Of a DNA stretch of 64,000 bases, positions 22,914 to 37,900 are shown one piece after another; within the stretch, counting starts at the first letter, position 1, and the number at the start of each line of letters is the position of its first letter. Under the pieces are notes generated by a model, which saw only the letters and a list, made by a program, of their open reading frames with translations, searched no databases and was not told the DNA's origin. Source of the DNA: Phoronis australis (lineage: Eukaryota; Animalia; Phoronida); NCBI GenBank assembly GCA_002633005.1, contig NMRA01000042.1, forward strand, positions 484,770-548,769. Reading direction: 5' to 3'. Both the position numbers and the translations under genes were made by a program.

Positions 22914-25900
22914 GTATGTAAAATCAGTTTTGATACATTAATTACTTGAACATTTCGTCTGTGAATCTGCGCAAAAGGTTGTCGGATTCACCGGGTTAAG
23001 TACGGCTGTAGAGAAATAGCCTCAGACGAGTTCACCACATGATGTCCTTTCATGCAATTAAAACCCTCATTTGAATTCTTGGCCCCGATAGTGGCGCTGT
23101 TGGGCGATAGTAGGTAGGAATGTGTTGGTCGTGATTTACTAGTATGGTGGAAGTTTGAGCATACCAGTTCAAATTCACGACAAGGATGCGGGTTTATTCT
23201 CAAAGTTAAAGTGATATAGAATGCGAAAATATACAAAATTTCACCATTCAAACTGGTTCTCTGCAACTGAAACAGAAGTCGAACTGTTCGCCAGGTATTT
23301 TTACCATTTGTTGGAAAAGATTTTGAATTTCTGTTCCAATTTCAATAAACGATCTGTCAACTGCTCGTCACGTCGTCGGCTTTTCTCCCCACACTGCAAA
23401 GCACCTCTCCTCATTTGGTATGGCAAGACATAGGCATAACATATAATATCTAGCAGCTGCCAATCCAACTTCTTTTAACGCATATATATTAATAGGGGCT
23501 GAGAATTTGAAAACTGTATTGGGATAAAAGAATTTTTATTTCGTCTGTGTTTCAAAAACTGTGAATATAACGATTTTTACAGAAATTCTTACAATATTCA
23601 AAATGAATAACTTTCACGTTATTATCCCCAAAAAGTAGAACCGCAACGATCTGCTGAAAAGGTATTTTTTACTAGTTTGCACACTCCATTCTTTCTAACC
23701 AGTTGGCGAGAGTCCACTCTTGCTGACAAACGTTTTAACAATAGTAATTCATATTACCAGAAAATTCTTTTGTGCCGCTATTAGGGTCTATCCAAGTAGA
23801 TTGGTAGAATTTAATGTTGTCATTAGTTATTTATAAACTCTAAAAGAATTACTCTAAGGTCGTTCGTGTTTGTTTCTGGAGATGTCTTTCTCCACATTTC
23901 AATTGAAGGTTTTACTTTTTTGTTCTGTGAGAAGCAATTGAATGTGGGTGATTTTCTCAACCAAATTTGAACTCTGCCGAGCGTAGTGAACTATACACAG
24001 GCATTACATTATGTGATTGCAACTTAAAATGTTTTACCTCAGTCGTTTTCAACAGTAAGAACAATAGATTGAGTCACAGTTATTGACAGGTCACTCAAAC
24101 AGGAAAACTTTGTGAATTACAGCACTTTTCGCCGTCAGTTCCTAAAAAAGTCCTGTGTCAACCGCTTTGTTGGAAGTTGAAAATTCATATTAATGTCTGT
24201 CCTGTTGAAAGATCGTTAGTCTGGAATAACTTTTGTGTCATTTTTTTCTTATAGACGTGCTTAGTTTTCCATTGAATAATTTTTTGTCAAATGTCTTACT
24301 ACCTCATCTAAAGCGGGAAATATAAACATAATATGGATTTGGAAATTTTTTTAGCCATTGTACATTGTGCTGTAGTATTTTATCGTGCTTGTCAGAGGGA
24401 GGGATTTGTGCTTGTCAGAGGGAGGGATTTCAACTCAATTTCAAACCAGACTGGTCGTTGGAGGTTTGAGATATCTTTCCTACTTCAGGTTTAGTTGGAA
24501 ATTTTGCTTTTAATATACACAATAATGGGAATGATTTTTCTACTTTGTGTTGCATCCAAGACATGATTGTTAACCTCACATAGTCTCATTGTATGACTGA
24601 CTTAATCGGCTGAACTTGGCATGGTTTTGATCAGGTAAATTAGTTTAACATCGTAATCGAATTTTCACATTGTTTTCGTTGAAGGACAAATACGACGAAA
24701 ATCCTTACAACGTCGAAACACTCAAAGGAGATCTTTTAATACAAGAGGTAAGCCTTCATTGTGTCTTGTACATCACTGTTAAATTTGAATTTTGAATTTA
24801 AAGTATTTTCTAATGCGCAGTTTTATTTCCTTATTTTACTTTCTGTTGACTTTGAGGCCAGTGTTCTCATCTTGTGTGCGACGCATCAGAGCAAGGATAG
24901 ATTGCAAGTACGCCACTAGTTAGCAGTATTCTTTAAAGCCGTCCTCTAGTCTCGTCTTTGACAGTCAAAAACTAACTTTTTGTCATGAAATTGGTCTCAG
25001 CTTCAAGTTGTTCACTTAGATGGAGAATAATTTCTGGGCTATGGAAGAACTAGTAGTTCAATAGTGCTTGAGACCATCCTCGGCGTATAAAATGACATGT
25101 CGTGACAAGCCAACTTATCCAGTCTTATCTCAAGCAATAACGCAATGTTGGATTCTTAACTGCGTTATGTTAGTTTGGCGAACGAGTCGCGTCTCATCAC
25201 ACAATCTGTTATAGGTGTAAAATCTGAGTATGAAATTTCGTCCACAATCCTGAAAATTGCTAAAAACTTAAATGTGGTGTTTTAAAGATATACGATTGGC
25301 ACAGGCGTAGGCTCATTTGGTCTACCAAACAAAAAAGTTATCGGCTTGACACAGGCGTAGGCTTATTTGGTCTACCACACAAACTCCTCATGTTCTCCAT
25401 AGGCGGATTTAGGGGGAGGGGCCAGGGGGCCCACCCCATCCCCCTTGGCTGCCGCAAAAAATAAAACAGCAAGAGCGTAGGCAAATTTGGAGTTTATTAA
25501 TTAACCCCGGTAATTAACATTATACGGCTGTAACAAGATTTAAATGTGTGCAGTTTTAGTGTGTTTTGGAGGGGCTCAGATCCAATTTCAAGAGTTAAAT
25601 TCGGAACTCGGTGCAATCGTAACGGAACTATGGACTAAGTATAGGCTCTCCCGCGATATCCCAGACGACCGGCAGTGGCGCTGCGCACTACGACTCCGTT
25701 TCCGTCGTCTGCTTCACTGTGCAATGAAGAAAATTACTTCATTTTTTAAAGAAAATGGAATCTGATTGACGATGAAAAAACAGAAGCTGTTGGTAAGATG
25801 TGAATTTTAATCGAAGCCTTAGTGAATCACTCAGAAACTCATAATTCTCTCTTTGTCAAACCTTAACTTAAGACCATTTCCAGAGCAATCGCGTCATTAA

Positions 25901-28900
25901 CACAAAAAACGGATTTGGTCTTTTGGACAATTGAAGACTATTTTANCAGTGTAGGCAATTACGCCGTTTGTTGTCTTGCCGTGGGCATAATTACGTACCA
26001 ACAATCCGGGCAAAACAACAAACTCATAGAAAGTAAACGATTGAAGGTCCACATCATGTAAAAATAAAGATTCAAACTGTGGAGACCGGTGATTGCGGTT
26101 TGCGTCTAGACAAATCATTGAAATCACTAGGAATACTAGAAATAGCAGGCAAACTTGCGTAGGTGAGAGATGCAACCGAAAACAAAATTCGAAAAAAAAC
26201 AAGACTACAAAAATTGATCTAAGTATATAAAAGATTAATGTACGTATCAGTAAAAGATTATAACTGTTTTACTGCAAGTTGTGTTAAAAGTTAAGCGGCA
26301 TCTTGTCCACCGGTGTCAACCAGTGTAACTGGGAAAGTCCCTACATAATTCCCTAAGTTGAGCTTTATTAATCGTAGATATCCCTAATGTTTCTTATGGA
26401 CACCAGTTCGCAAAAAATACCAAGTTTTACGCTGAATGGGTCTACAATATGCCAGGTTTCAAATATGCGGGAAAATATATTACAAAGACCGCATCCGCTG
26501 GCATTGCTCGTTGGCCTGCTGGTATGAAGGCAGCAGATTGCAACAGAAGGGGGCACGTGTTAGATTCCTGACTGCATGAAGGAATTGAGGCTCTAATGAC
26601 AAAATATCTTGGCGACTTGCCGAAAGCTCTATATATTTGTTCAATGGAAGACTGGTAAATAAGTGACTCTGAGAAGTGCCCATTTTGTCAAAAATAGAAC
26701 ACTGTGAGGTCGCCAGAGGAAACATTAATTCTCGTATTTTCAAAAACGAAATACTTTTTGAAAACATTTCTGACACAAAAGATGTTTCAAATTGGCTTCT
26801 GCGAATACGCAAAACGCAAATAATTATCAAGCAAATCAAAAGTTACGATACCTAATAGTCTTGTTTTTTCGGAATGTTGAAGCATGAAATATCTTCTGAT
26901 AAAATGGTAAAACCGAGGAATATAAAAACATTAGAAAGTTAGCTTATATCTTTTCTGGCGATCATTTTCAGAGACTAACTTTGAATGCACGTGTCTTCAA
27001 ATTCTTTCACGACCAGTTTTTCGCTTTTTGTCTTTATTATCAGTCTTTTTATTTTGTATATACCTTTGTTTCATTCAAGAAATATTTATCCAAATAAAAA
27101 GGTAAAAAATAGGTGAAACCCATTATATTGCAGTTAACTTGGCCTCAATCAAAAGTTGGTTTTGACGGAATACGCTTTTTTATTTTGTCCCTTAAAACCT
27201 ATGATTAGTTGAAAACGATGTTTGTCTACGTTTTGACGTTTCATCACAGCTCGCGCCAACCGTGGCCGACAGATTTAAAAACAACATAGACGTGGTGCGC
27301 AAACTGCGCGACAGAGTCGTGAAGCAATATGGCGATCTGACGTCGATTCCAACAATGACGGAATGCTGTAGACTACCAACTAATCTGGAGCTGTCCGAAA
27401 GGTTGAAATCCAAGGTGAGTTGCCGGTATGGCGAAAGAGACAGCCAACCACGAGCAGCTATAAAACAGCAAAAATCCATTGTGTTTTGGGGATTTTATTA
27501 CAAATCGGCAATTTCGTAGTTGAAATCGAGGGCTTTGACTACTATTTAAATGCGCTTAAAATTTTTTGAATTGGATAAAACTCTGCCTGCAGAAAGTTTG
27601 ATTGCGATCGCGGGGGTCACTTGTTCGATTGCCCTCTGAGTCTAACTTCTGACAAACACTTTAAGGAATTGACATCCCAAAACAGCAAATTTAGAGAGAT
27701 CCGAGTTTTGTTGTTTGCACGTGATCGCTCAACTCCAAAAATGTTTCTTATAAAGTACTGTAACTAATCTACATATCACGAAACGGCATCGAGGATCCAT
27801 TTTTTTCTTTAGGTTGATGTAACCAGAATGTGCTATCATAAATCGGGCTACGCAGACACTGATGTGAACTATATCAATACGGAATTATTTGACGAAATGA
27901 AGAAAAATTACCAAAACTATCCAAACCTCAACTGGCAATATTTTGGCACAGAGCAGGGCATCTATTACAATTATCCTGCATTTCGTCTTGATCACTGTGG
28001 GGAATACGACCACCGTTACAGGCAAGTATCTAGTCACTTTCGTTAAATTTGTGAAACGATAATTAAATCAGGGTTTGCATTACTGAAATGTTGCTGCAAC
28101 CTTCGAGGTGACAAACTGTGACGACTAGGGGTAGATAGAAAACTATGACAACCAGAGGGGATAGTTCGAAGATAATGAAGACAGGAGAAAGAGGAGGCAG
28201 TTTGAAAATTGAGGCGATCGGGGCAGTTCACATTACCAGCGCCCTCAGAATGCTTGCAGACGAGAAACCTTAATTCGGCGCTGGTAATTGTAGCTTACTG
28301 GCATTGAATAAAGCGACGATAGTTGAAAATTGACATGGTGGAGGGAAATTACAGATAAGATGACAGGGATTTTTCATGAAACAAGTTCGGGATCTCATTC
28401 AACGATTCGTTACATGCGCTTGTGATTTGCGAACATTAAGTGTATTCTATCTGTCGAGGTCTATATGTAGTGAAATATTGTAGGGATGCAACGACCTTTT
28501 ACTCGATTCGATTTTTTTTTTCACGATTCGATTGATAAAAACTCAATAAGGCATAAATCTCTTATTTCTAATCAAGCACACCAGAATCTCCATCCACTTA
28601 TACACTTAAAGTTGAGGCATACATGGTTACATCAGTGAGTCAATCATGGGAAGGATTCAAAAAAGTCTAAAAGAGAATGATGTCATTTATTCAAGTAAAG
28701 AAAACACCGAGTATTAGATCAAGTTAGGCCAGCCTAACCAACTATTCAAAACAATTGACATCGTCATAGGATTGAAATGTTGTCTCAAGTTTCAAGACGG
28801 TCAATGATCCCGCCAGCAACAGTCTCTTGAAGCTTTGGTATTACACTTTCAATAAAAGTAGCTGCAGCTTGGCAGTGTGTATCTTGGTTCCAGAGTCTTT

Positions 28901-31900
28901 AACATGTTTTTGAGTCCAGGGCTTTGCACTGTAGAATAAGGTCCCATGTCAGCTGCCAAATAGCCTGCAAATAAAATATGTTATTTATACTCTGTCTTCA
29001 GATATGTTTTTATTCCCATTTTCCGATCCTTGCTTTTGAAATATGTTTTTAACTAAAATTAAATCAAGGTAAGTAAATAATCACATTTCATGTTACACCA
29101 GCAAGTTAGATAATTGTTAATCAAAATCTCTTGTAGTCTGTGTTACCCGAGGGTACTTTGTTATTTAATGACGGTGAGGTGCAACTTAAAAATTAAGATT
29201 AAACCCATCCATTTAGACAGTGGACATAAGAGAATGGCTCATTCCCAGAGAGTGCCACATCCCATATACCTGGTCTATTCTATGATTTCTATAGGAGTGT
29301 CCCCATGTGTTAAATTCGCTCCTTAAATGAACTGGAATTTATTCAAATTCACAGTTACCTGCAACAGAACGTCGTTATCTGTTGCGTTCTTTGCGATTTA
29401 AGTTTTAATTCCGTGTCTGTTAGCCTCAGTTCGCCGGTCCTGCTGCCATTGATTTTGGTTGTGGTCGTTTCTGAATTTTTTTGCCTCTGTACAAGTTGCG
29501 CCTTCACTAGCTTCAGGAACATCGACGCTGTGATGACATTTCTAACGTTACACAAGTTGGACGTTGACCCAGAACTGGGATGTAGGATGTCTTTAAACAA
29601 AGCTTACACGTTCCTTTCTGAAAATCATTTGCGCTCCGAAAACCAAAATATTGAGTTCTTTTTATCTGCGAGTCGAAAAGTTTTTCGTCTGCCATATTGT
29701 TGTGACTGCTGTGCTACACCGCCAATTCAAAATGATTGTACGAGATTAGACTCTTTTGGCTAATGAAAATGGTCGGGGTTTTTTCTCTCAAGGAACCTAG
29801 CCAAAAGAGATCGTAACGCTGTCAAGCAAAGAAGTAAGTTTGTTCGCAAATAACAAGCGATTGGTTTTGGTGAAAAAAAACGAAATTAAACAGTCCTGTA
29901 ATACTGAGATCTTGAATTACTTTCACATGGCAAGCGAATAAAGTAATCGAATCGTCATGATCCGCGAATCGGCAATCGAATCGTGGTCAAAGAATCTCAA
30001 TTCCATAATCGCATTCGAAACGTTGCTGCCCATGATGAAGTGACTAGTATAGCTGACTTTCCTGTCGCATTTCCTTTTAATATGTTGAAATTCTGAACAA
30101 TTCAAACATTCGATACAGAAGAAAGTAACAACATTTTGTTTAAAAAAATACATATCCATTTAAAAATACAAAACAATTTTCAATAAAGGCCGTGGTACGT
30201 CGAAGCTCTAACACCGTTACCAAAAGACGTAGTAATCGTGATTGACAAGTCTGGTTCGATGAGTGGAACTCATGGTGGCAAAACTTTGATGACAATAGCC
30301 AAAGAAGCGGCAAAATCGGTGCTGGAAACTCTGAATCCAAAGGACAGGGTAAGTAAATGAGTGTTACTGACTAAGACGATTAGGCTTGCATTTTATTGCC
30401 GCCTTTCCCCTTTCGGGTTCTATCATTGTTTAACAGCTGCATACTAGATGTCGCAAATGCTTGCTTAATCTCAAGATCACTTGCGTGAACTTGGAATAGA
30501 AATTTATTCCAACTTCAATCAAGATTCCAAGTTCACGCACGGCAAGTTATTGCTAAAGACCATTAGCTTCAACACATTATGCAGTTGCAGTAATGCAGAG
30601 GGTTATTTTGTGTGTTGAACATTGGGCACAGATTTCCTTCTGATCCGAGTAAGGAACATTCGTAGGTCAGTTTGTCACGCGGTAAGTGGTCCGAATCTGT
30701 ATTTTGTTACAGAAGACTATCGTGGCACTCATTGTTGGAACAGTTGGCCACAAAATGTTGATTTTCAAATTTATAGTTATCCCCGGGGACCAACACAGAT
30801 CGCGTAGCAAAAAAAGTAATGAAGAAGTACATTGGTCTGATTAAATATTGACGGAGTGATCAACCTATTGCAGGCCCTTTTTCGGGCGGTTATTTTAGTG
30901 TAGAATTGACTTCTCGCTTTGACCAGAGCTATGGCACAGCACAACTTGTTGCGTGTATTTGTTTTTATTACAAATCACGTAACCCTTATTAAACTGAGTC
31001 AACTGAAATTGAACTGGCGACATTATCAGATGAGTTGTTTCTAAACGTTGCGAAACTGGCCCATGTGGGCAGTGTGTAGTGCTGGTCAAACCGGTCTAAC
31101 CTCTAGTGTAAGTGAGAAAAAAGATGGAAAGAGTCGAAGCGCATTGGATGACTCGCCTCTCTAACTAAGAATTTGGGATAAGCAAAGATTTTCAATTAAA
31201 TTTGGAATATTCTTCCTTCACTGCTGTTACGAAATATACCTTTACTACAAAGTACCAACTTTTGTTCTATTTTCGTAACCTTCACAAATTGTGATAATCT
31301 ATTGCTAAAAACGCCACAACAGACACATACCTCCTTTGCCCAACGCTCGTCTGTCAGTAACTTTGAGGTCACAAGCAAGCGTTATGGATATGTTTTTCTA
31401 CATTTTACACGTACCTAATTGTTCGCAGCATGTAATGGTTATTGGCATGACATAACTCTAGGTTTGTACTTCCTTAATCGATTTCAGGTTGGTGTCGCCG
31501 CATTTTCGTCGGCAGTTGTGACCCCTCCTGGCAATTCGGAATATGGCTCTTGCTTCAATCGTAAACTTGCAGAAGCGACACCCCAGAATGTCAACTATCT
31601 CAAGTCTTACATTGATACAGTCACAGATGGTGGTGGCACTGCTTACGTTCCTCCTTTGAACAAGGCATTTGACTTTTTTAAGCAAAGTGACGCACTGGGG
31701 AATTCGGTGAAAAGAGGTAGCCATATTTTCCATGTGTGGTAAACGAAAAAAATACGTTCAGATTAAGGGACATGTACACTTTTTGGTCAGTTTTATAACT
31801 CATTCTGTTGCCACAAATGCGCTACAAATTAAGCTTTCTCTAATGTATAATGTACCAGGAGCAGTTTTTTGGCATTCACGCATAGTAACGGAAGATATGA

Positions 31901-34900
31901 AGATGCTTTTTGTTGTTTGTCACATTAAACAATACTTATGTTGGCAGTTGCTGTTATAGTTATCTGATTATTTTAGCGTCAACTATCATGTGATAGTTCC
32001 AACAAGTCAATAAAGCTATTAACGCCAATCAAGGCACATGAAAATAGGAACACAACGACTGTCCTCCATCAGTGCAACGGGCCCACATACGAGGCCTGCG
32101 CACGTCTGGTACAACGTGTATCAGACCGCCTGCAATTATTTTTTATACTGTCCTCCATCTTGTTCCACAAACATCAGTCGTTGCTGAAGAACACAGAAAA
32201 ATGGCTTTTCAATGGGGGAGTGATATCCCCTGACGCGAGCAGTGTTGCCGATTTGGGCAAATGATTGAAGGAATGTTCGAAAAAAGTTTGATTGCGGGAG
32301 TATTTGTTCGAGTTGAGAAGAGTTAGACATCAACGGCCTCCTAAGGTGTCCCTCTTGGTGCAAGAGGTGCCAATAGCAACATAACTGATGGTTTAATCAG
32401 TGTGAGGCATAATTCGCCGAAAAGCTTCTGACGTATGGATGGCCTATGAGATGACCACCGTCTCTACTGGGGCCAATTGAGACTGTGGTGCTGTCTATAG
32501 TTTCCCAAAGTAGGCGGTGGAAAATGCTGAAATTGCAGTCTGAGGAAAACATTAACTTTTACATAATGCGTTTGTTTTGCAGACAAAGTAATATTATTTT
32601 TGACGGACGGTGTTCCACAAGAATCGCAGACCCAAATCGTTAACACAGTCAAAAACCACAATGCTGTGTTTAATAATGAGGTAATCGTCTTCACCTACGG
32701 ACTGGGATCAGGTTAGTATTCCTTGCCAGGGCTGACGGTTCAGTAGACACTAGAAATTCGCGAAAACTCAAGATCACTCAAGTTTACGTGGGATTTGCAT
32801 TGCAAGCGAAGCAAGTGATCGCACTCAGTTTTTCTCGCGAGCTTTGGGTTGCGTTCCGTACACCCACAACACTCGCAAGACACGGAAACGGTGAATTCTG
32901 TTCCACGATTTAACAATCCAAGTTCACCCACAGGTGTCCCCAGCTTCTGATCGTCCCCAATACACTATGTAATACAACAAGGTATGACACTCAGGACTAG
33001 AAATTCCACGAGTGCTTCATTTCAGCCGTCCATAGCAAACACAAAACTCAATAAATTTATACAAAACATAAGTTTAAAAAACCATGAGGGAATTGTTCTT
33101 CCTCCCAATACCATTTACGATGTTCTTCTCCACCGAGTTCGCAAGAAATTCGCGGTCAAAACACAAAAACCTTCCCCAAAAAGTCCGTCCGGATCAACTC
33201 CCGTGTCACACTCGAAGGTTACGGAATTATCCGATGAGTTACAGATGAACGGCAGTTGCCGAGTTACTGATGCCGTGACTTTCCGTGATGAATCGTACAC
33301 TTCGCGTGTCACTGTGACACGGGAGTTGCTCCTGACGGACTTTTTGCTAAGATTTTTGTGTTTTGACCGCGAATTTCTTGCGAACTCGGTAGAGAAGGAC
33401 ATCGTAAATGGTATTGGGAGGAAGAACAATTCCTCGTGGTTTGTTGAACCTCTGTTTTGTGTAAATTTATTGAGTTTTATGTTTTTTATAGACGGCTGAA
33501 ATGAAGCACCCGTAGAATTGACCTATCGCAAGCTCCGTCCCCTTGCATAATGTCGATTAACAAACAATAAGTTTTACTCGGTAACGGGTTGTTTGTCGGG
33601 TAAAATGGCGGCTTAGAAACGAAGGTGTGTCAAGAACGATGAGTTCTAAATGGTCAGTTAAGCCGTCACTCAAAGTCCTGGCGATAGGTCAATTTCTAGT
33701 CCGGAGTGTCATACCTTGTAGTAGTAGTATTATATAGTGTATTGGGGACAATCAGAAGCTGAGGACGCCTGTGAGTTCACCGATCAATCATTTTGGTGGC
33801 TGGTGCCTTTGCGGAGGCATGCCAGTAAGGCACTCGGCATACTCACAAAACATTCGTTTTTCAAACATGTGATTTTGCGTGGTTTTTCGTGATCTTGCTT
33901 TTACGAGAGTTTTTCGTGTCTATGGAACGCACCCAGAACTAATGTCTACAAGCAGAGCATCCAATCGTAGGAAAGAGGCCATTCCCGGTAAGAAGCCACG
34001 CCGGAACTAAATAGCTATAACTCTGTACATTTTGGGAACTAGAAGCCGCCTCGGGATTTGATACGTTGAATTTACAATTTAGAGACACTGTTCTTGTAAC
34101 TCACGTATTTGTAAGTAGAGAATCATGTTTAATGGAGCACTGAATAATTTTTATTCCAAGATGCTGGCGTTTCATTTATGACAATACACAGCCAGGGACG
34201 GCATGTACAAATGCTTATTGCTTGTACTGTTTTACACATGTAGCTCTGATTTCGTATTATTTTCAATATTTCAGGAGTAAGTGATGGGCCTAAAACAATT
34301 TTGACAGAAATGACTAAAACTGGAAATCGGGTAAGGTGATAACTAAGTAACTCTGCTGATGGTATTTTTCCTGAGACAAAAACGAATCAAATTATTGAGT
34401 TAACCTTTCTATCTTCGGTCATTTACTCAATTCTGAAAATTTCGTCGACCTACTGCATTAAGAATTTTGACGAGACGAAAAGGCGTTTAAGTGGTCCATA
34501 AAATTGAGTTATTTGGAAATAACTTAAAAGTTTAGTACTACAGTACGAAAGCTGTTGATTTGGCATTATTTTAACATGGAGCGTCGGCATGATTTTACGA
34601 CATTAATTGTTAGTGCTGATTCCCATACTTGCGAAAGGTGGACAACAGAACAATACTGTCTTATCGAAGAAAAACTGAGTTTGTGCACTGTTTATCTCCC
34701 TTATCGATTTGAATTCATTGAAATGCTGCCGGCAACACGACTTTAGTTTTTGAAAACTCGATTGCGCATTCACCAAACGCAATGATCATATCCTGGAACC
34801 TCCAATTCAGCTGTGTCTATCCACGTCTCAAGCATGACTAGTGTTACTGTTAGTCACAGTAAAATTGAAGGAAAACTTTATCAACGTGGTATCTTCTGAA

Positions 34901-37900
34901 ATGTAAATGACGATCTGGAGACTCTTTCGGAAACGGACTGATTTTGAGTCCAAAAGGAGCTCGCACTCCCATGGGGTTTTCCGGATAAAAGTGATGAACT
35001 CTTTTCGAAAGAGAGGAATGTTTCGCTTTCCCAACAGCTTCTCTACGAACAAAAGGAAAAGCGGCGCTTCTGTTGACAAGTGATCGACTTGAAATGTTTT
35101 TACAGCTCTATCAAAGATAAAAAAATTGAGAACATATTGACACTTTGCCAAATGTACCCATAAACAGACATGCAAAAGGATTCAGAAAGAGATTGCATGT
35201 GGTCCTTTTTGAGCCTGTTTCCGAAAGAGACTGTATTGAAGATTTTTATGGGCTCTTCGGAAATAGCAGGTGAACTGAGTTAATTGTCTGTTTATTGTTT
35301 CAGCACGGACATTTCACACATGTGGAGAACCCGAGTAAGCTACGCTCTGCCATGTCATCATATTACAGCTTTTTCAGCATACAGTCTGAAAGTGATGACG
35401 CAATAATTGCGACACCTTACATTGATGCATTTTCAAAAAGTAAGTTGTCCTACAAGTTATCGTGGTATAAAGTAGAACTCTAACAAATGTAACTGAGAGT
35501 CACGAAGTTATGGGTGGTCTTATTGTTCGTTGTCACGATTTTTATCACTGCGTACCTGCATGAAGGGTTAAGGCGACTTTTTTGCGCTCTGGTATACTAG
35601 TCTGGGAGCCAGACTACCACGAAATGAGTTTGGTTCATCCCTCAGAGTGGAAATTATTTAAGTGTTCCAAGAGATGTCACTCGACGCTACTCATCAGAAG
35701 ATGGCATTACAAATTTTTTTGCTCAAATGCAAAACGCAAGCTTTGCACAAAACCCTTCAGAACGTTGAAAAGGCATGCGGTAGAGACCTAATTTTTGCAA
35801 CATTTGCCAGCAATTTTTCTGGGTCACAAATGTTAATAAATCATACTGACAAGAATTGAAAAGATAGTATAAATGCCATTAACGTGACAAGGAGCGCACT
35901 GTGGGGGTCTCAAAGCGTAACCGAGATTTTTAGTCCCTTAAAAGTAATGACGTCGAGCATGCTTGCAGTGAATCTGTTTGGCGCAGAATGGAGAAGTTTT
36001 TAAAACTCAGTTAATATGTACATTAAGCAAACAACCACATTTGTGAGATCTTTCGTAGTAAAAATTATCAGTTTTTGTTAATTCACCTCACATTGCATTC
36101 TCAAAACGATTACTTATGGAGTAGCAGTATTATTGATATGTTGTTATATTTTAGTATTAAAGTTATTACTTCTAATTTTAGCCAGCCTAAACAGGTTTTC
36201 GGATTGGCACGTATTATTATGACTGACTTTGATGTAGCGTATTTGTATGCATTAGATGTTTGCATTTTGGTGACTGGTGAATATTTTTAGAGAAAATGTT
36301 AATCTGAGGATGTAAGGACTGCATAAAGTACTTCAAACTTTTAATTATTAATAACTGTTTCAAAATACCGAATTCACTGCTTGTGAAACCCCGTTGGTAC
36401 CGACTTGTTGCCCTCGCACAGGTCAATAATGCATGAAGTCACAAAATGTTGGCGTGGCAGTCCAGGACACCTTACTTCAAGCGCCTAGTCGCGTGATGTG
36501 ATGATGTTCACCGGAAAAGAATACTACTAGTGTGGGCATAGGCAGGGCCTTAATAAATTCCTATGGAGATTGACTATTTTCACTGACGTCGTCGAGAAAG
36601 TCTAATTTTGGTGTATGTCGTAATCATTCTTGTCTTAGGTCATTTGTTATATTTAAATTCAACAAGTTCAACTTTCCTCTTAGCGTTGATTACATCAATA
36701 GTTCTTCCTGTTCACGTCAATGGAAAATTGGTTGGTGTTGTTGGCGGCGACCTAAACATGGCGGAGCTACTAGGTGACATTACCTACTTCAGGAAAGGTG
36801 AGAGAAACTCCCCTTCACTTGCTATTAACGGCTTCAAATCTGACAACTTGTGTTTTTGTGTCTAATTGAAACTAGAAATGTGCATTGGTGTCCATGAACT
36901 TCATGATTTTATCGCAGGCCCACAGTTATCGAAATATTGCCATGAAAGGTTTTGTTGGCCGTATTGCTGTTCACAGTCTTGTTTCTTCTTTGAAAGAGAC
37001 TGAAAATAAAAGGTCTCAGTTTCAAATTTGAACGTTGGATTATTACTAAAGACTAGATAAGTCAAATTTCATAGTAGCAATTTTATGTCTTCATTCTATA
37101 GCTATTCCTGGTTTCATGTGAAAGTTTTTTTCAATGACAGTAGAGATACCTCCAAACCATGTCCAATATTTAAAACAGGCACCTTGTTTTGAACGAACAT
37201 CGCATTTCGACTGCAAAACTATAACAAACGCATGCGGAGCTCCTGGGACCGAGGTCTAATCAAACGCAAATTTATGAACTCGAGATACTTATGTAATTTT
37301 CTATTATTCTGTGTCTGGGTGTATGGTCTATGTAGGTGACTGTCTAATCTAGTTTGCACATGATGACCACAGCTTTAAAAGATATAAGTTCTTATCTGCA
37401 CTCAAAATGTCGAGTTTTTTGTTCGAAATATTGAGTTTTAGCTTGAGTAAAGTGCGAACTAGGACGCAACACCCATCTGTGCAATCCATCATGTGCCCAA
37501 GCACAGAACAATAGACACTTATCGAGAACCTCAATCATTGACCGGCGTTATGTTTCATGTATTTGCATGCTCCTAAACGACGCTGAACATCATCTATGTT
37601 AAACAAAGTGCAGTTGTATTCAGTGACAACTTGAAAATATGAAAACAAAAAAAATCTGCAAATTAGTGACCGTTGCGCTTATGACGTACCATTGGGGCTC
37701 AGATAACCCACATACGTACCATTGGAGCTCAGATAACCCGCATACGTACCAGTGGGGCTCAGATAACCCGCATACGTACCATTGGAGCTCAGATAATCCG
37801 TGCCATGCAGTGTTATTACTTCAACTCTTACCTGGACGTCAGTAAAATCTGGTCTGATTTTTTACAGGAGAATTTTCTTATGCCTTCATGGCTGATCAGT

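Noticed and set aside
32984-33499. 171-aa ORF as a transposase
   Set aside because: Lies inside an 845-bp MITE; no recognisable DDE or DNA-binding motifs.
37683-37800. CRISPR-like array (30-bp repeats)
   Set aside because: Head-to-tail tandem units without unique spacers, in a eukaryotic intron, with no cas genes.
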